A stretch of DNA of 58,637 bases from Welwitschia mirabilis (GCA_051453625.1 JBOZIK010000001.1:7496873-7555509); one strand, 5' to 3'. Shown: positions 11,853 through 26,004, numbered from the stretch's first letter. Notes: generated by a model from the sequence alone, not told the origin. Translations and numbers: made by a program.

Positions 11853-13351
11853 GGATAACATTCCTCTAAATAACCCTCTTGTTAAATGTTGATTTGATAT
11901 TTCATAAAAATAATTAAAAGTCCTAAAATGAATGGTCCATTCTCTCACACTTTATTAAGGACTAGAATTAGAATTTTAATGAATAATTTAAGATCTTAAA
12001 AGAGCAAACATTAAAGTAGAGGAAATTTTAAAAATAAGATCTTTGTGTTATTATTAATATATAAAGGTTAAGTTAGAAATTAATGGAAAGGTTTTTAGTG
12101 ATGTTAATTATAAAGCAAATTCATAACCATTGTGTAAAATGGTTTAGAATATTCCACCTTCCATAAGAAAAGAAGTAAATTTACATTTGATGGTAGAGCT
12201 CCAAGAAAAGAACATTGAGTTGTAGATGCAGGGCTCAAAGGAGGAGAAACAACATATTAGATAATAGAGTATAACCTGCAAATCAATTTTGGAGAAAAGT
12301 CACTATCTGTTCTAGCTAAGTAACAAAGCTTTCTAAATAAAACAATAACAATATCAACTAAAAATGATGGATTTTAAGGTTTTCTATCACTCTGTAAAGA
12401 TGCATGATGAATGCAATCTATGTTTTCATTACAGTTTCATTTGCAACTTGTGTTTTATTTGTGTTTTGGTTGCATTTGTGACATGTGTTTTCATTTGCTA
12501 TACATCTAAAGAAAGTGAACTACCATGAAATCATATTGTTTAATGTCTATATATATATATAGCATAATTCTTAGAGTGAAGTTTTTTTTTGAAGAGAAGG
12601 AAAAGGAACTTCCCTTTCGAATTTGATACATCATAAAAAATGAATTACAATTATTTTCTCATGCATAAATGTAGTGTTGGATTTGATTAGAGAATTAGAA
12701 CTTTAGAGTTTAATAACCATTAAAAGGTTAAATTATTTAAATAATAAAAGCATTGAGCAGTGGTGACAAAGTGCTAGTAGCATGGAGTAAATAAATTGAT
12801 ATTTTTAAAGCTATCTTGCATGTATAATTTAAGCATTATAAGAGGAACAACATCAAAAGCCTCATCTTTAGACATTGTACATAGACTACATGAGATTAAA
12901 AAAAATGAAATTGGTCATGAATATTTTAAATACTTGTTTTGACATATAAAAATGGCTCAAAATGTAACTTTCTGATGGTTGTTCTATAAATTAAAGTTTA
13001 ATCCATGTCCTTTAAGGAAAAACTTAGGTTTTTATAATTAGAAATGTACTCTATTTATTCTATTTTTTGACATCTTTCATCATTGTTATTATTTGATGCA
13101 TTGATGATACAAAACATGCTATTTTGGCTACATAGATTATTAGGCCTAGCTTCCCTTAATTAAATTTCAAATAGAGATAGTTTTAAAGCTATGCATATGC
13201 TTTGCTATTAATCTTACGTACCACATTAATATTTATTAATACATTATCTTTATAAATTAAATAAAAAATATATATGTTACATTTTTAAATTAAAGCAACA
13301 TTTAAATTTTTTTAAACTAACATTTCAACTCTTTATGGTGAAAATTGTGGA

Positions 13352-13372
13352 TTTTACATTTTGGTATCAAAG
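13352..13372 (+). promoter_or_regulatory. Possible LTR end + tRNA-iMet PBS of another decayed element
   Basis: ...ttttaca ttt tggtatcaaag vs consensus TGGTATCAGAG. No clear pol downstream. Confidence 0.5.
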
Positions 13373-14225
13373 AAACATATGAAGTTTTTAAGTGTGAGTC
13401 TTATCCTAATGAAAATTCAAAGATTGATATACAAAACAATTAATAGAAAAAAAACTCTGAGAGAAGGTTAAAGGAAGAAAATGATGATAGCTATGATTTT
13501 AATAGATCACTAACCACAAGTGCAATAATCATGATTCAAAGTGTTTGTGAGCAAATTCATCTTAAGATGGACAAATTCACCAATAAATTCATGAAGAAAA
13601 CTAGTGAAGCTTTTCCAAATAATCAAAAAGTTTATAAAATAGATAAGATCATTAAATATCCTCTCAGATACTACATGCAAAAAGTATCTTTGGATAAGAT
13701 CATTAAATTTGCTCCCACATACTAGGTGAAAAAAGTATCTTTGGTAGAGAAAACACTCACTCATGCATTAAATAATATCAAAATAGTTATTTAGTAGCTA
13801 AACTAGATCATAAGCATACTATTATTGGTGATCATAGTAATAGTAATCCTTTTGGTTTTGGGGTTGGCAATAAAGGAGAACATTCTACTAGTTTCATCTT
13901 AGCTAATGTACACTCATCTCATTGAAGGCCAAGCACCAGTCATTCACATTTGCCATGTTGGCATCACTTCAAGATTACAACAAGTAACACATAGGCAACC
14001 ACTCATGTAAATAGACTACCATATTAAATTGGCTATTATGTGGCCTATTTCTCAATTATTGAGATGATTCATATTACTTACAAATGCCATGATAGGATAA
14101 TGTAACATGAATATCACAATGAACACAATGCATGATCATTAAGTAAAAGAATGATCCACCATTTTGTTTTACAATGTTAAGTAATATTTTTATTATCATT
14201 ATTCATTATTGAATAGCAATACTAA

Positions 14226-14390
14226 GGAATTGTAGTTCAAATGGTTAAGTTGTAATGATAAAGATTGAGAGGTTATGGATTCAAATCTTAGTAAGTGAAA
14301 AACAAAATAAAATACTTTAATCTTTAAATTATTAAGTTATAATGATAAGGATTGGAGGTTGTAGGTTGAAATCGTAGAAAATAAAAAAAT
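14226..14390 (+). other. Degenerate tRNA-derived (Pol III box A/box B-like) sequence in two tandem partial copies; SINE-like
   Basis: tagttcaaatgg (box A-like) ... ggattcaaatc (box B-like) followed by an A-rich tail. A second copy runs ttaagttataatgataaggattggaggttgtaggttgaaatc plus an A-rich tail. Confidence 0.45.
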
Positions 14391-15199
14391 AAAATATGTT
14401 AACTAAAAAATTTTTTAATCTAGAAATTTATGGTTAAAAATATTTTAAAATGATTTTTTTAAAAATAAAAATATTCTTATCTTCTTAAAATAAAAAAGTA
14501 ATTAAAATTAAAATATAATTAATTTAAAATTTATATCTTTATAATATTTATGACACTCTAAATAAGAAACAATAGATACTTGTATGTTGTAATCTTTAAC
14601 CTTTTAAAAGGAAATCTATATCATTTTAAAAATGAAGATATAATTTAATATTAATGATATATTTTTGTTAGGTAACTTCATGAATCCTTTTAAATTCTTT
14701 TGGCCAATAAAAATAAAAATATTTTTTATTATCACTTTATATTTTGATAAAGGAGCAGTTATTTAATTTAGAAGATTTCATATCAAAACTATGTGTGATG
14801 TTTTTAAAATTTATTAATGATGATCATGATGTTCCCTGATGGCCATTATGATTGGTCTTGTCACATTAATAATCACATGGCATATATACCTTTATAAATA
14901 ACATGGCCCACCTCATTTTAATAAGAAATGGAACTCATTATACCCAAGTCTTGCTGGTTGTATGACATGATTTGGAAGTGCCTTTATTGAATGCACAAAT
15001 TTGAATGCTAGGAAAGGAAATTCAGTAAACATCTAATTATTTTTTTCACTTCCCTTATTAAAAAGTTTTCTTTTATTATTAGTTAACATATATAAACAAA
15101 ATGGCTAATTAAAATCACCTTATTCATTCTTTTCTTTACCACTAGTTAACTAGTTACCAAGAAAAGAAGGAAATTCCAATGTTTAGGGTGCTGATAAGA

Positions 15200-17923
15200 T
15201 GAGCCTTAGAAAGTAAATACATGCACTATTGTAATATATTTTTTCAATGATAATTTCATAATCAAAATGAATGGTTATCTCTTAGACAGTGTTGTCTAAC
15301 TTATTTTATATACTTTAGTAGCATGACTACATGATCTATTAAAGACTTTTATCTTCATCACAATAAAAAAAAATTTTGCTTTACTTTTTTAGAGAACTCA
15401 AGAGTATAAAAATCAAGCATTTAATATTACTTAAATACTTTATGCTAATATTTTAATCCTACATTACTTAATGGAGTAAAATACTACAAAGAGCTTATGA
15501 TTAAAACTTACAAACATAAAAAATTAAATGCTTGAATTAATCTGATTTGATGAATTACAGGTGCTTGACTTGATTACACTTCCTATCTTCCACTACTTTT
15601 CTATACTCTTGACTTTTATTTATACATAAAAAGTATGGAAAAATATAAAAAGGAAAAGAAAAATATCTTAGATTTTTCTTCATGTTGGGTAGGGTATAGT
15701 TGTTAGTTGGATATATGAAGAGTATTTAATGTTTTCAGGTTGAGATTTAATAATGGTAGACTATGATGCAATTTTGTAGTAGNNNNNNNNNNNNNNNNNN
15801 NNNNNNNNNNNNNNNNNNNNNNNNNNNNNNNNNNNNNNNNNNNNNNNNNNNNNNNNNNNNNNNNNNNNNNNNNNNNNNNNNNGCCTTAAAAAGTAAATAC
15901 ATGCATTATTGCAATATATTTTTCTAATGATAATTTCATAATCAAAATGAATTGTTACCTCGTAGACAATGTTGCCTACCTTATTTTATATACTTTATTA
16001 GCATGACTCCATGGTCTATTAAAGAATTTTATCTTCATCCTAATAAAAATAAATTTTGCAATGGGCATTACACTGAGGAGACATTTACTTTTTTAGAGAA
16101 CTCTAGAGTATACAACTCAAGCATTTAATATTACTTAAATAATTTATGCTAATATTTTAATCCTACATGGCTTGATGGAGTAAAATACTATAAAGAGCTT
16201 ATGATTGAAACTTATAAACACAAAAAATTAAATGCTTGAATTAATCTAATCTGATGACTTACAGATGCTTGATTTGATTAAACTTCTTATCTCCTACTAC
16301 TTCCCTATACTCTTGAATTTTATTTATACATAATAAGTATGGAAAAATATGAAAATAAAAAGGAAAATATCTTAGATTTTTTTTTTCATGTTGCGTAGGT
16401 TATAGTTGTTAGTTGGATATATGAAGAGTATTTAACATTTTCAGGCTGAGATTTAATAATGGTAGACTATGATGCAACTTTGTAGTAGTATATTTGGTGA
16501 AAAATTAACTATGCATAATGGGCTCTATTTGATCTAAATGTTTCCATTAAACCTTCCTTCTTATATTTCAATTTGTCCTTAAGTTGAACTCTTTTAACTG
16601 ATCATTTAGCTTTGGTATTGTAGCACTCCTTTGTAAGGTCATAGTAGATGCTTATAGTTCTTGGTTTTTCTCCTTAGCTTAGAACATTTTCCTATGGCTT
16701 AAAATATGAGTTTTATTTAGTTTCTTACTAAAAATCAATTAGGCTATGTTATTAGCTTAAAACACCTCCTACATCTACACCACTAGCACCATATTATAAT
16801 GTGAAAATTTTGGAAATGTCCAATAAGAATAAGACTGATATTATACTCAAGTATTTCTTTAACTCTTGGAAAATATTCTTTACTATTGTTATCCAAACAA
16901 ATGATGTATCTTTACTTTTAATTATTTTTAATATGTTTATAACTACATCACTAAAATATCTAATAAATTTATAATAGAAACTAGCTATCCATAGAATGAG
17001 TGTATCTTTGTAGCATTCTTAGGTCTTGGCCATTCTACAATTCTTTGCATCTTTTATGGATCTACTTGTATTCCATTTTTATAAATAACAAATCCTACAT
17101 ATATCAAATTATTTATCATAAAACTACGCTTCTTCAAGTTTACTAACAAATTTCTCTTTTACCAATTTTGATAGCATTAGGCATAGATGTTGTAAATGCT
17201 CTAGTTAGCTATGATTAAATACCAAGATATCATCTAAAGATATAATAAAAAATCTCCCTAGTTATGAATTTAATAGCTCTTTCATCATCCTCATAAAGGT
17301 TCTAGGTGCATTGAAGAGACCAAATGTCATAACCCTCCATTCATATAGCCATCTTGAGTTCTAAATGTTGTTTTTCATTCATCACCTTCTTGTATATGAA
17401 TTTGGTGATATCCACTTTTTAAATCAATCTTGCTAAAATTCTAAGATTTTACTAAATAATCTAGAATATTATCCATATAAATTATTGGAAATTTGTACCT
17501 GATTATGATTTTATTAATTACCCTTGCATTGATGCATATGCAACTCTGATAAATCTTTCTTGGATTAAAGAATAGCTAGAATGCACATGAACTCATTCTT
17601 TTCCTTACTAATACTTTCTTTAAAAGTTCTTTAACTTACCTAGCTATTTTTTTACATTTATGTGGGCTCACATGATATGATGGCTTGTTTCGTAGCTCTA
17701 CTCCTAGAATTAGATTAGTGGCATGCAAAATAGATCTCTGTAATGGTAAACCAACTACTAAAATTTCTAGAAATTCCTTTAGTAATTTACTTACATCTAG
17801 TACTATTTTATCCTATTACTAATCTATGGTTAATGTTAAAATTACTATCATTCCTTATCTTTTTGTTACTAGCTCTTATAAACATTCTTTTTATATCATC
17901 AAGTAGACAATACTTTATGTAGT
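15200..17923 (-). pseudogene. pol: CRM-like chromovirus pol remnant (RT, RNase H, integrase C-terminus), cut at its 5' side by an Athila LTR
   Basis: Minus-strand motifs: SKIDLKSGYHQIHIQEGDE*KTTFRT; YEWRVMTFGLFNAPRTFMRMM; FFIISLDDILVF; GASGVDVGGVLS; NAHCKIYFY*DEDKIL; KVGNIVYEV. 15203-15782 is a duplicate of 15883-16488 lacking 24 bp. Confidence 0.8.
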
Positions 17924-19259
17924 TATTGTGGTTTCAATTTATGCAATCCTGAAGTCCTTTAGGTAAACCTATAAATCAAATCACTTGTATAAAAACACAT
18001 GCTAGTGTAGATGGGAATTCACCCTAATGTTGTAATCCCAATGAAAGAATTAGGCTTAGAGTTAGAGACTTGATTTTCAAATGTGTTTTTATTCTTTTTA
18101 TCTTTTAATAACTAAAAGCAAATAACAAAGTAAAATGTCATGCAAAGTGAATGAAATACAAATGGAAGTGGAAGAAATTCTATTGAATTCTAATTCTCCT
18201 ATTACAAGAACTAGATTCTTCATAATTCAAATCAATTAAGAAGAGTACTTAACTTGTTTCTAATTAACATGAGCTATGAGATATACCAAATAGAATATGG
18301 AATGTGGAATGAAAATGGAATAGCAATGCAAATCTAAACTAATCAAAGTCAACCTTAACAAAGATTGCCCTTATGATCTAAATAAATTATAGAATCATCA
18401 CTTAAACTATAACCAACTTAAACCATAAAAGACATAAATAGAATTAGAATGAAAATAGTAATTGTATTGATTCAAAGAAATTTACATCCACATAAAGTAG
18501 TAGAACCTTAATGGAAGAGACTCATCCTAAAACCAAAAGAAATCCTCTTTTTAGCCATTAGATGGATTTCTTTTCCTTCTATCTTCCATCATAAGAATAT
18601 CAGATATAAAAGATGAATTGGAAGTGTGGACAAGAGATGTATTTATAATTTTACATTGAAAGTTCTAAAACTATAACCCTAGAAGTCAGAGAAGAAATCC
18701 TAGTAGCCCAAGTGAGGTGCATGACCTCATTACAAGATAATTCAATCCCGCTTATACAAAATAGTTGTTGTCTTGACTATCATGGAAATGACATTGGCAA
18801 TGATGTCTTATAATAATAAATAAATCACTAGCTTTCAACTTCACAGTTTATCCCATAGTTAGCTCTAGATGTGTTGTCATCCCTCATTTCATTGAAATGA
18901 CAATGGGGAAAACACCTCAGAAAATGAGCTTTATTTGCTTTAATCTCTAGTCCATGTTCCTGTCACAATGGGTTAATACAATGCTGTCATCCTATCTGTC
19001 ATGGCGACAATAGCAGGGATGAAATATTTCCAAAGCTCTCTAGGTAAATTAAATCATCCTGCTTCATCATTAATCTTCCTCTCAATATACTAAGTACATA
19101 ACATGTCTAGAATGCCTCCAATTATGATAAGAATTACATGTTTCCATGATCATCCCATTGACTCTTCATAATCATTAAAATTGTGTCCAAACCTATATAA
19201 ATGTCTTGCAAAAGTATTCTAAATATGCCATCAAATTCTTATAAATTGGCATTGCATCA
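17924..19259 (-). repeat. Athila-like 3' LTR (~1336 bp)
   Basis: Inverted homolog of 2946-4384. On the minus strand it starts tgatgcaatgccaattt and ends ccacaata, and is preceded by agggactaacaaggctaagtaggaggcta (PPT region). Confidence 0.85.
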
Positions 19260-20892
19260 TAGCCTCCTACTTAGCCTTGTTAGTCCCTAACAAAGTAAGT
19301 GATCAACTATATTATGAGACAATTTATTTAAGATAAAAACAATACCTGTAAAATGTAAATTGAGTCCATAGAAAATGATATCATTAATAGGTAATTAATA
19401 CAAGTACTAAAAAATTTTTCTAAGCCCTCTACTTAAGCATGTTACTACAAAATGAATGCAATACACATATAGAAATCATAAAGTAAAACTTGATGGCTTA
19501 TAAACGTGAAACTCTGTATGCATAATCTAGAACAAAAACAATTGACCATCATGATAGATTAAGTAGTTTCTATATTGCAGAATTCGGGTGATTACATTAG
19601 TAGCATGAACAAGGCAAGGAACAATAATAGTAAATATAACACAATTTAGATGATCAGAAAGACATAACTATAGAAAACATGTGCAAGTACTACTAGATCC
19701 TGCCTGATAAAGTGCATGAATGTTCTAATAAATTTTATTAAAAATGCATGAAGAACAAATCAAAAAGAACTCATCAAAATTAGATCATAAAAGCTTAGAA
19801 TTGGTAAAAAAAAAAAATTGTACTAATCATAATAGATTAACACCCAAAAACATGTCCTACACCCTCCCCCACCCATAAGAAGCAAGATGTCCCAAATTGT
19901 ACCCTAAAAAAAAAGGAAGTGTCATCCCCTCTATTGTGGAGATGACTGAGGAGGATAATAGACTCCATAATAGATGATATGAAGAGGAAGATAAGACTTG
20001 AAAAGTTAGAAAATTAGAAAATGCAAGAATGCAATGGAAAGAAGAGAGTGACCTGAGAAATAAAATAAATAAAGATTCTAAAAGGTAAATGCATGATGAA
20101 GAAGTGGAAAATAATCATAGAAAAAAATGCACCAAGGAAAAATACTACTCAAAGATGCCTAAAATGTGCTTGAATGCATAGAAAGCTAGAACTCATTAGA
20201 TCAAGGACACCTGCTAGAAAGAAACAACCATCCTTTAGAGAACATCACAACAAAACTAGAAAATAATTAGGATTATGATATCATTCTGAGAAAGTATAAG
20301 GAAATAAATTTGAAAATTTCTATAAAATAAGAAAAGAAAAATAAAATGGAAATGGAGAAACATAAATAAGATTGCTTTATTACCCTAAATGATAACTAAC
20401 AAATTCCTATAGTAATAAATATAAAATCACTTGATTAATGATGCATGACATAATGTATAAATTGATAAAGTTCCACTTAATTAGGCAATGATTATGATGA
20501 TGTCAAGCATGCTAATGTTATTAAAAAATGAATGATAAGATAAAAAGATATTAAAATACATGGACTTATAAGCTACCATGTCAAAACAAATACTAAAATG
20601 CAAAAAGTAAGTGATCATGTAAAAGTACCGGAAATAAATAACTAAAGAAAAGTGATTTATTATATTCATGATGAGGGGAGTACAACCACTATCAGAGGAT
20701 TAAGGACCCACATGGCATGGTTGACTGACCCACCAGTGGAGTTTTCACAGCTATCATATCGCACTATCAAGGGCCCCTCTCAGAAATATTTGCCTCGGTG
20801 TGCTTGCAGTAGGACATTATGATTACCATATATGTAAAGATATAACATGAAAAGAGCATGGTAGGTTATTTCCTTTTCTTTTCTTTTCTTTT

Positions 20893-20894
<2 letters not shown>

Positions 20895-20945
<51 letters not shown>
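20895..20945. repeat. (TC)n microsatellite
   Basis: Seen directly in the sequence. Confidence 0.95.
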
Positions 20946-20952
<7 letters not shown>

Positions 20953-21319
20953 TATCATTCCACATAATCAAGTACTTGTAAGGATAAAAGTAAAGAAATG
21001 GGGTGAGTAACAAAATAAGATCTTGCACCAACAAGTAATTTACTTACATCACTGAAAAACAATAAAAGAATCAAGGCATATTCCTTTTAAATGAATTTCA
21101 TAGACATATGACTATCTAAAAATTGGATTAAGATAATTTTTATCATTGTAAATGCTCAAAGTAGAATATTACTCATCATGGAAACTTTACAAGTAAATAC
21201 AGATGTTAAGTTAAAGATGTTTAAGTGATAACATGATGTTGACCAGAGGAATGAGTTAATAAAGAATTTAGATAATGGCAAAAGAAAGGTCCTCATCTTG
21301 AAGAGGGGCTTTTAAAACA

Positions 21320-22372
21320 AGGGCTTCTATCATGTTTAAGGATTCATCAGAAAATGACTCATAACATTTTAATCTTTGTCCATTAGCTTTTTGGATTTAT
21401 TTAGTATATAGATCAGAAATTTCAACTAAGCTATTTGAGTCTACTTTTTCGATAAGATAAGGGCCTAACCATTTAGAAGTTAACTTGTTCTGTAGAAGGT
21501 GTACTTGGGTGTTATAAAATAAGATAAATAGGCTAGATTCAAACTATTTATGAATAATCTTTTTATCATGTCAAAACTTGGCTTGGATCTTGTGAATAAG
21601 TTAACGATGTAGGGTAGGAGTACTTTTTTCATTTAGGTGATTGAGTTTGCCTAAATGAATTTTGAGATTTTCATTCAAGTTAACGAGGTTCAATTGATGG
21701 GTGAAATGATAAGAATTATAGCAAACATCAACTAGTAAAATACACATGTTATCATACATAAGTTCATAGTGTGAAAAACTGAGAGAGTTATGCTAAGTGG
21801 TATAATAAGCCCAAAGAACATTATTAACTTTAGAGGACCAAGTCTTGTTATTAACTAAGACTAATTTTTTAAGCATTTTCTTGATTTCTCTATTTGCATT
21901 TTTAGATAGATCATTGGTTTGAGGATGATAACCACAAGCAACTCTATGTTCAACACCAATGGATAGAAGAAGTTTTTGAAAGAGGTGGTTAATAAAATGG
22001 ATACCTTAATCACTAATGACAATATGTGAAAATCCAAATAGTTGAAAAATATGAGTTTGAACAAAGTTACAAACAGTTTAGGAATCATTTTTTATGGTAG
22101 GAGTAGCTTCAACCCACTTAGTAACATAATTCACAGCTACTAAAATATAATTTTTTATAATAACCAAAAGGTTCGCATTCAAGTATAGGTTTGAGGGTTA
22201 TTTCATGAGAATGAGTGAGGCTACCATAACATTGACAAGCATTACACTTCTGAGAAAATTCAAATGAATCTTTAAAAAGAGGTGGCCAATATAATCTAGA
22301 GTGAAGAATTTTCATAGCGATCTTTTGGCCACTAAAGTGTCTTTCACAAACTCCACCATGACAAAGTGTTAA
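21320..22372 (-). pseudogene. Athila integrase remnant
   Basis: HFSGQKIAMKILHSRLYWPPLFKDS...CNACQ (HHCC); WVEATPTIKND; VISD*GIHFIN; GYHPQTN; NREIKKML; LWAYYT; KLTSKWLGPY; ANGQRLK. Confidence 0.9.
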
Positions 22373-22472
22373 NNNNNNNNNNNNNNNNNNNNNNNNNNNN
22401 NNNNNNNNNNNNNNNNNNNNNNNNNNNNNNNNNNNNNNNNNNNNNNNNNNNNNNNNNNNNNNNNNNNNNNNN

Positions 22473-23873
22473 AAGTGAGTAATAAACTATATTACAAGCC
22501 AATTTGACTAAGATAATTAGTAACTAAAAAAATGGAATTTAAGCTCAATTTAATCATGTAGGAAATAACATCAATAATCCATTAAAAGAACATAACCATT
22601 GATGTATTTATAAGATCCCTATTTAAACACATCACATAAAATAAATGAATGTCATACACATACAAAAATCATAAGATGTAATAATGATAGCTTAGAAATA
22701 ATAATGTGTATGCATAATGTAAGATAGTGATGCTNNNNNNNNNNNNNNNNNNNNNNNNNNNNNNNNNNNNNNNNNNNNNNNNNNNNNNNNNNNNNNNNNN
22801 NNNNNNNNNNNNNNNNNNNNNNNNNNNNNNNNNNATAATGTGTATGCATAATGTAAGATAGTGATGTAAATCTTGAGTAGTAATAATATCAAAGAATAAT
22901 GCATGAAAAGTTCATTAATGTTTTCCACAAGGGGCAAGATACAAGAGTAAATATATCATTTTTATTTAGATGATCTAAAACATAGCTGCAAGAAAACTCT
23001 ATGAGTGTTACTGTGATCCTGTTAGATAAAGTTCATGAAATTTATTTAAATAATATGAAATCATATCCAAATAACATATCATAAATATGTATTATAGAAG
23101 CTCAAAATGATTCTTTTAAATTTTAAAAATTATAAATTTTGACTTAATATCTCAAAAGAAACTCAAAGAGCTATCCTTTTTCCCATAGGTGAAGCAAGAT
23201 GTCCCAGATTACACAGAGTAAAAAGGGTGACTATCATCCTGTCTGTTGTGGGAACAAAAGATGTGGAATGTTAGTGGTCAAATGATATATTTGGATAGAT
23301 TAGGAAAAATATTAAAAAGTTTGAAAGAAAATAAGCAATCAAAAAGTAGCATAAAGACAAAAGAAAATAAGAAATCAGTAATTATACTAAAAAACATAAC
23401 CAGGGGAAAAGAGACTTATGAAACCAAAATAATGCTTTAAGTAGAAGTAAGAAATTCTTAGAAGAACTTTTCAAATGTTTCCCAAATAAAATGAGGATTC
23501 AAGATTATTGTAAGTGGATGTATGAAAAATTAAAAGCAAAAGAAACGAAAAAATGTTAGCATAAAATAAAATCAACAAATCAATTAAAGTAAAATAAATG
23601 CATTAATTTAAAATGATTTAAAAAGGAAAAAAAAGTTATTATAAAGAAAAATTATGAGTGAAAATAAAAATACATCTAGAAAACGGCCAAATGATAAAGT
23701 CTAATTATAATGTGAAAAATGATATGGAAATGACTTTAAAAATTCCAAACAAAACAACTAAGAAAAACATAATAAAAATGAATAACTAGGAATATGAAAA
23801 AGATTGATTAACCACCCAAAATTCCATCCTCACAAAGTCCCTTGGTAGAAATTATAAAATCACCTAATAAAGA
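22473..23873 (-). mobile_element. Second Athila-like 3' internal region fragment
   Basis: 23170-23870 is similar to 19860-20440 in the same orientation and to 1-540 inverted. The left part is unassigned. Confidence 0.5.
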
Positions 23874-24299
23874 TTAGGTGACTCTATTAGTCCCTTGGAT
23901 TTTCAACCACATATCATGTTCAATTATCATTTAGAATCCTATTGATCATTTCTATTTAACCATTAGTACTTAGATGATAAGAAATGTTGAATCCGATCTT
24001 AATGCACATGTGGTTGAAGGACCTTTATTAAAATTTGGATATAAACTTAATAGTTCTATTTAAAATGGTTACTATTAGAACTATATGTANNNNNNNNNNN
24101 NNNNNNNNNNNNNNNNNNNNNNNNNNNNNNNNNNNNNNNNNNNNNNNNNNNNNNNNNNNNNNNNNNNNNNNNNNNNNNNNNNNNNNNNNTTTCTTTCTTT
24201 ATTTTGTATTAGTTCTTTTTTCAAATTCTTCCTATTGTCAACTATATAAAGCACATATTTGATTGTACTTCTCATAATATTACTACCTCAATCAAACCT

Positions 24300-25420
24300 T
24301 GTGGCATTGCAACATACTATACCAATAATGATCAGCACCATACATGGAGAGATAAGAACTCTTTATAACCAAAAAAAAACTTAAAAAAAGTTTTAGAAAT
24401 CTAAAAATTTACTATGTGAATGTTAACATTTGGTTATCTTATGTCTTAATAAGATCTCAAAATTAATAGGGAATGCTAGTAGTGATATAATGTAAACAGA
24501 ACTCTTATGTTATCTAGCAATTTATTACATGTCATTCTAGAATGAATTATAAAACATAACAAAAATTATCATTGCTATACTAATGAATAAGCTTTGATTA
24601 TGAATAAGGACTTTAACAATCATTTAAAATACTTAATGCATCTCATCCAAAAGGATTGAGTCTTACTTTACTATATACAAAATTTGCTTATGATAAATCT
24701 ACACTAGAACGTGATGATAAAAAAAGTACTAAGAGCCTAAAATCTAGTAAACATACCTTCTTAAAAATTTATTATATTTCATAGGTTTTTGATTTCATGT
24801 TTAGTATAGTTCAGAAATAGGGATGAGTTACCTTATTAATAATTTACATTGCTATTCTTTTGAGTAATCCTTAAAACAGTTTTACATTAATTAATGAAAT
24901 TATTTTAAAGATATAACACCTTTATTATTAGTAACAGACTATCCATCATGTTTCTATTTAGTAATTTCCTTGTTTTTCTATCAAGTTAATTAAAAATGAT
25001 ATCTTTTTTAATACTTATTTGCATTACAATAAATATGAAAATATAAGTTATATTATTAAAAAACAATTATGAACTAATACCATACTATTAAAGAAATGTA
25101 AAAATATCAAATGGATACTAAGTTATTATCTAAGTAAAACAAAACAACATAGTTTCGAGGGAAAAATCTTTACATAAGCTAGATGACATAAAATTTAATA
25201 TTATTTCATCATTGCTTAAAAAGATAAAGATGTAATCATTTTTTTTTTCTATTCTAGTTGTATTCAAAGACTATATTTAAATTAAAATCTAAAAAGGCTT
25301 ACTTAGTGAAGGTCCCCTCTAGGATCCTAGACATTGAACGAGGTTCATCAAGTCATTGCATAAGAAGCTATGTGAAATAATTTATCTAAAGATGAAGCTT
25401 TTTTACTTTTGTTCATACCA
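24300..25420 (+). pseudogene. Very degraded Ty3/gypsy integrase remnant
   Basis: YHCYTNE*ALIMNKDFNNHLK resembles YHPQTDGQxExxNxxLxxxLR, TKFAYDKS resembles EFAYNxS, and PSRILD resembles a chromodomain start. Confidence 0.4.
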
Positions 25421-25965
25421 AAAAAGTTATATTCTATAAAATATTATACTTTTTCTAAAAATATTGAAAAGAATAAAGTTTTTTTTTAATGGAAAAAAAC
25501 TTTGTAGTGAAATTACCATAGATAATATAAATAACAAGCTAGCATGCAATGCTACATGAAGGTATTAAACTTTAATAGCATAGGATTATATATAAAAACT
25601 ATAAATGTTTTATTTATTAGTCATATTTAAAGGACATTACTAGCTCATGTCTGAGCTTTAGCAATGAAACTCATCCCAACACTTTCTATGCTTCCATTTC
25701 CAAACTTTGAATTCTTATTTTAATGTATGTTTTAATTACTTTTGAATTATATAATAGAATTACATGTCATAATAAATATATTTCTTTAAAAAATAACTTA
25801 AGAAACCATAATTCATAATTAACATATAAGAATCATAATTTTATTACGTCAAAAGACATTGGGACATTTACTTTGCAAGTGTTCAGATCTTAGACTAGTG
25901 GTTAAAGGTAAAGACCCAAATTGCTTCCTTATCTCCTTTTCTAGAATCCCTAGGAATTCATTAAG

Positions 25966-25969
<4 letters not shown>

Positions 25970-26002
<33 letters not shown>
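25970..26002. repeat. (TA)n microsatellite
   Basis: Seen directly in the sequence. Confidence 0.95.

Positions 26003-26004
<2 letters not shown>

Larger units (their letters stand above)
17924..22372 (-). mobile_element. 3' half of an Athila-like element (integrase, ~2 kb 3' region, PPT, 3' LTR) nested in the CRM-like element
   Basis: Correct order on the minus strand: INT 22372-21320, non-coding region, PPT-proximal motif 19299-19260, LTR 19259-17924. Confidence 0.8.

Noticed and set aside
14226-14300. Functional tRNA gene
   Set aside because: No convincing acceptor or anticodon stems; only degenerate A/B boxes.
1-23780. Inverted similarity 1-540 vs 23170-23780, and 2946-4384 vs 17924-19259, as terminal inverted repeats of a giant DNA transposon
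   Set aside because: Explained by independent Athila copies in opposite orientation, each with its own PBS or PPT.
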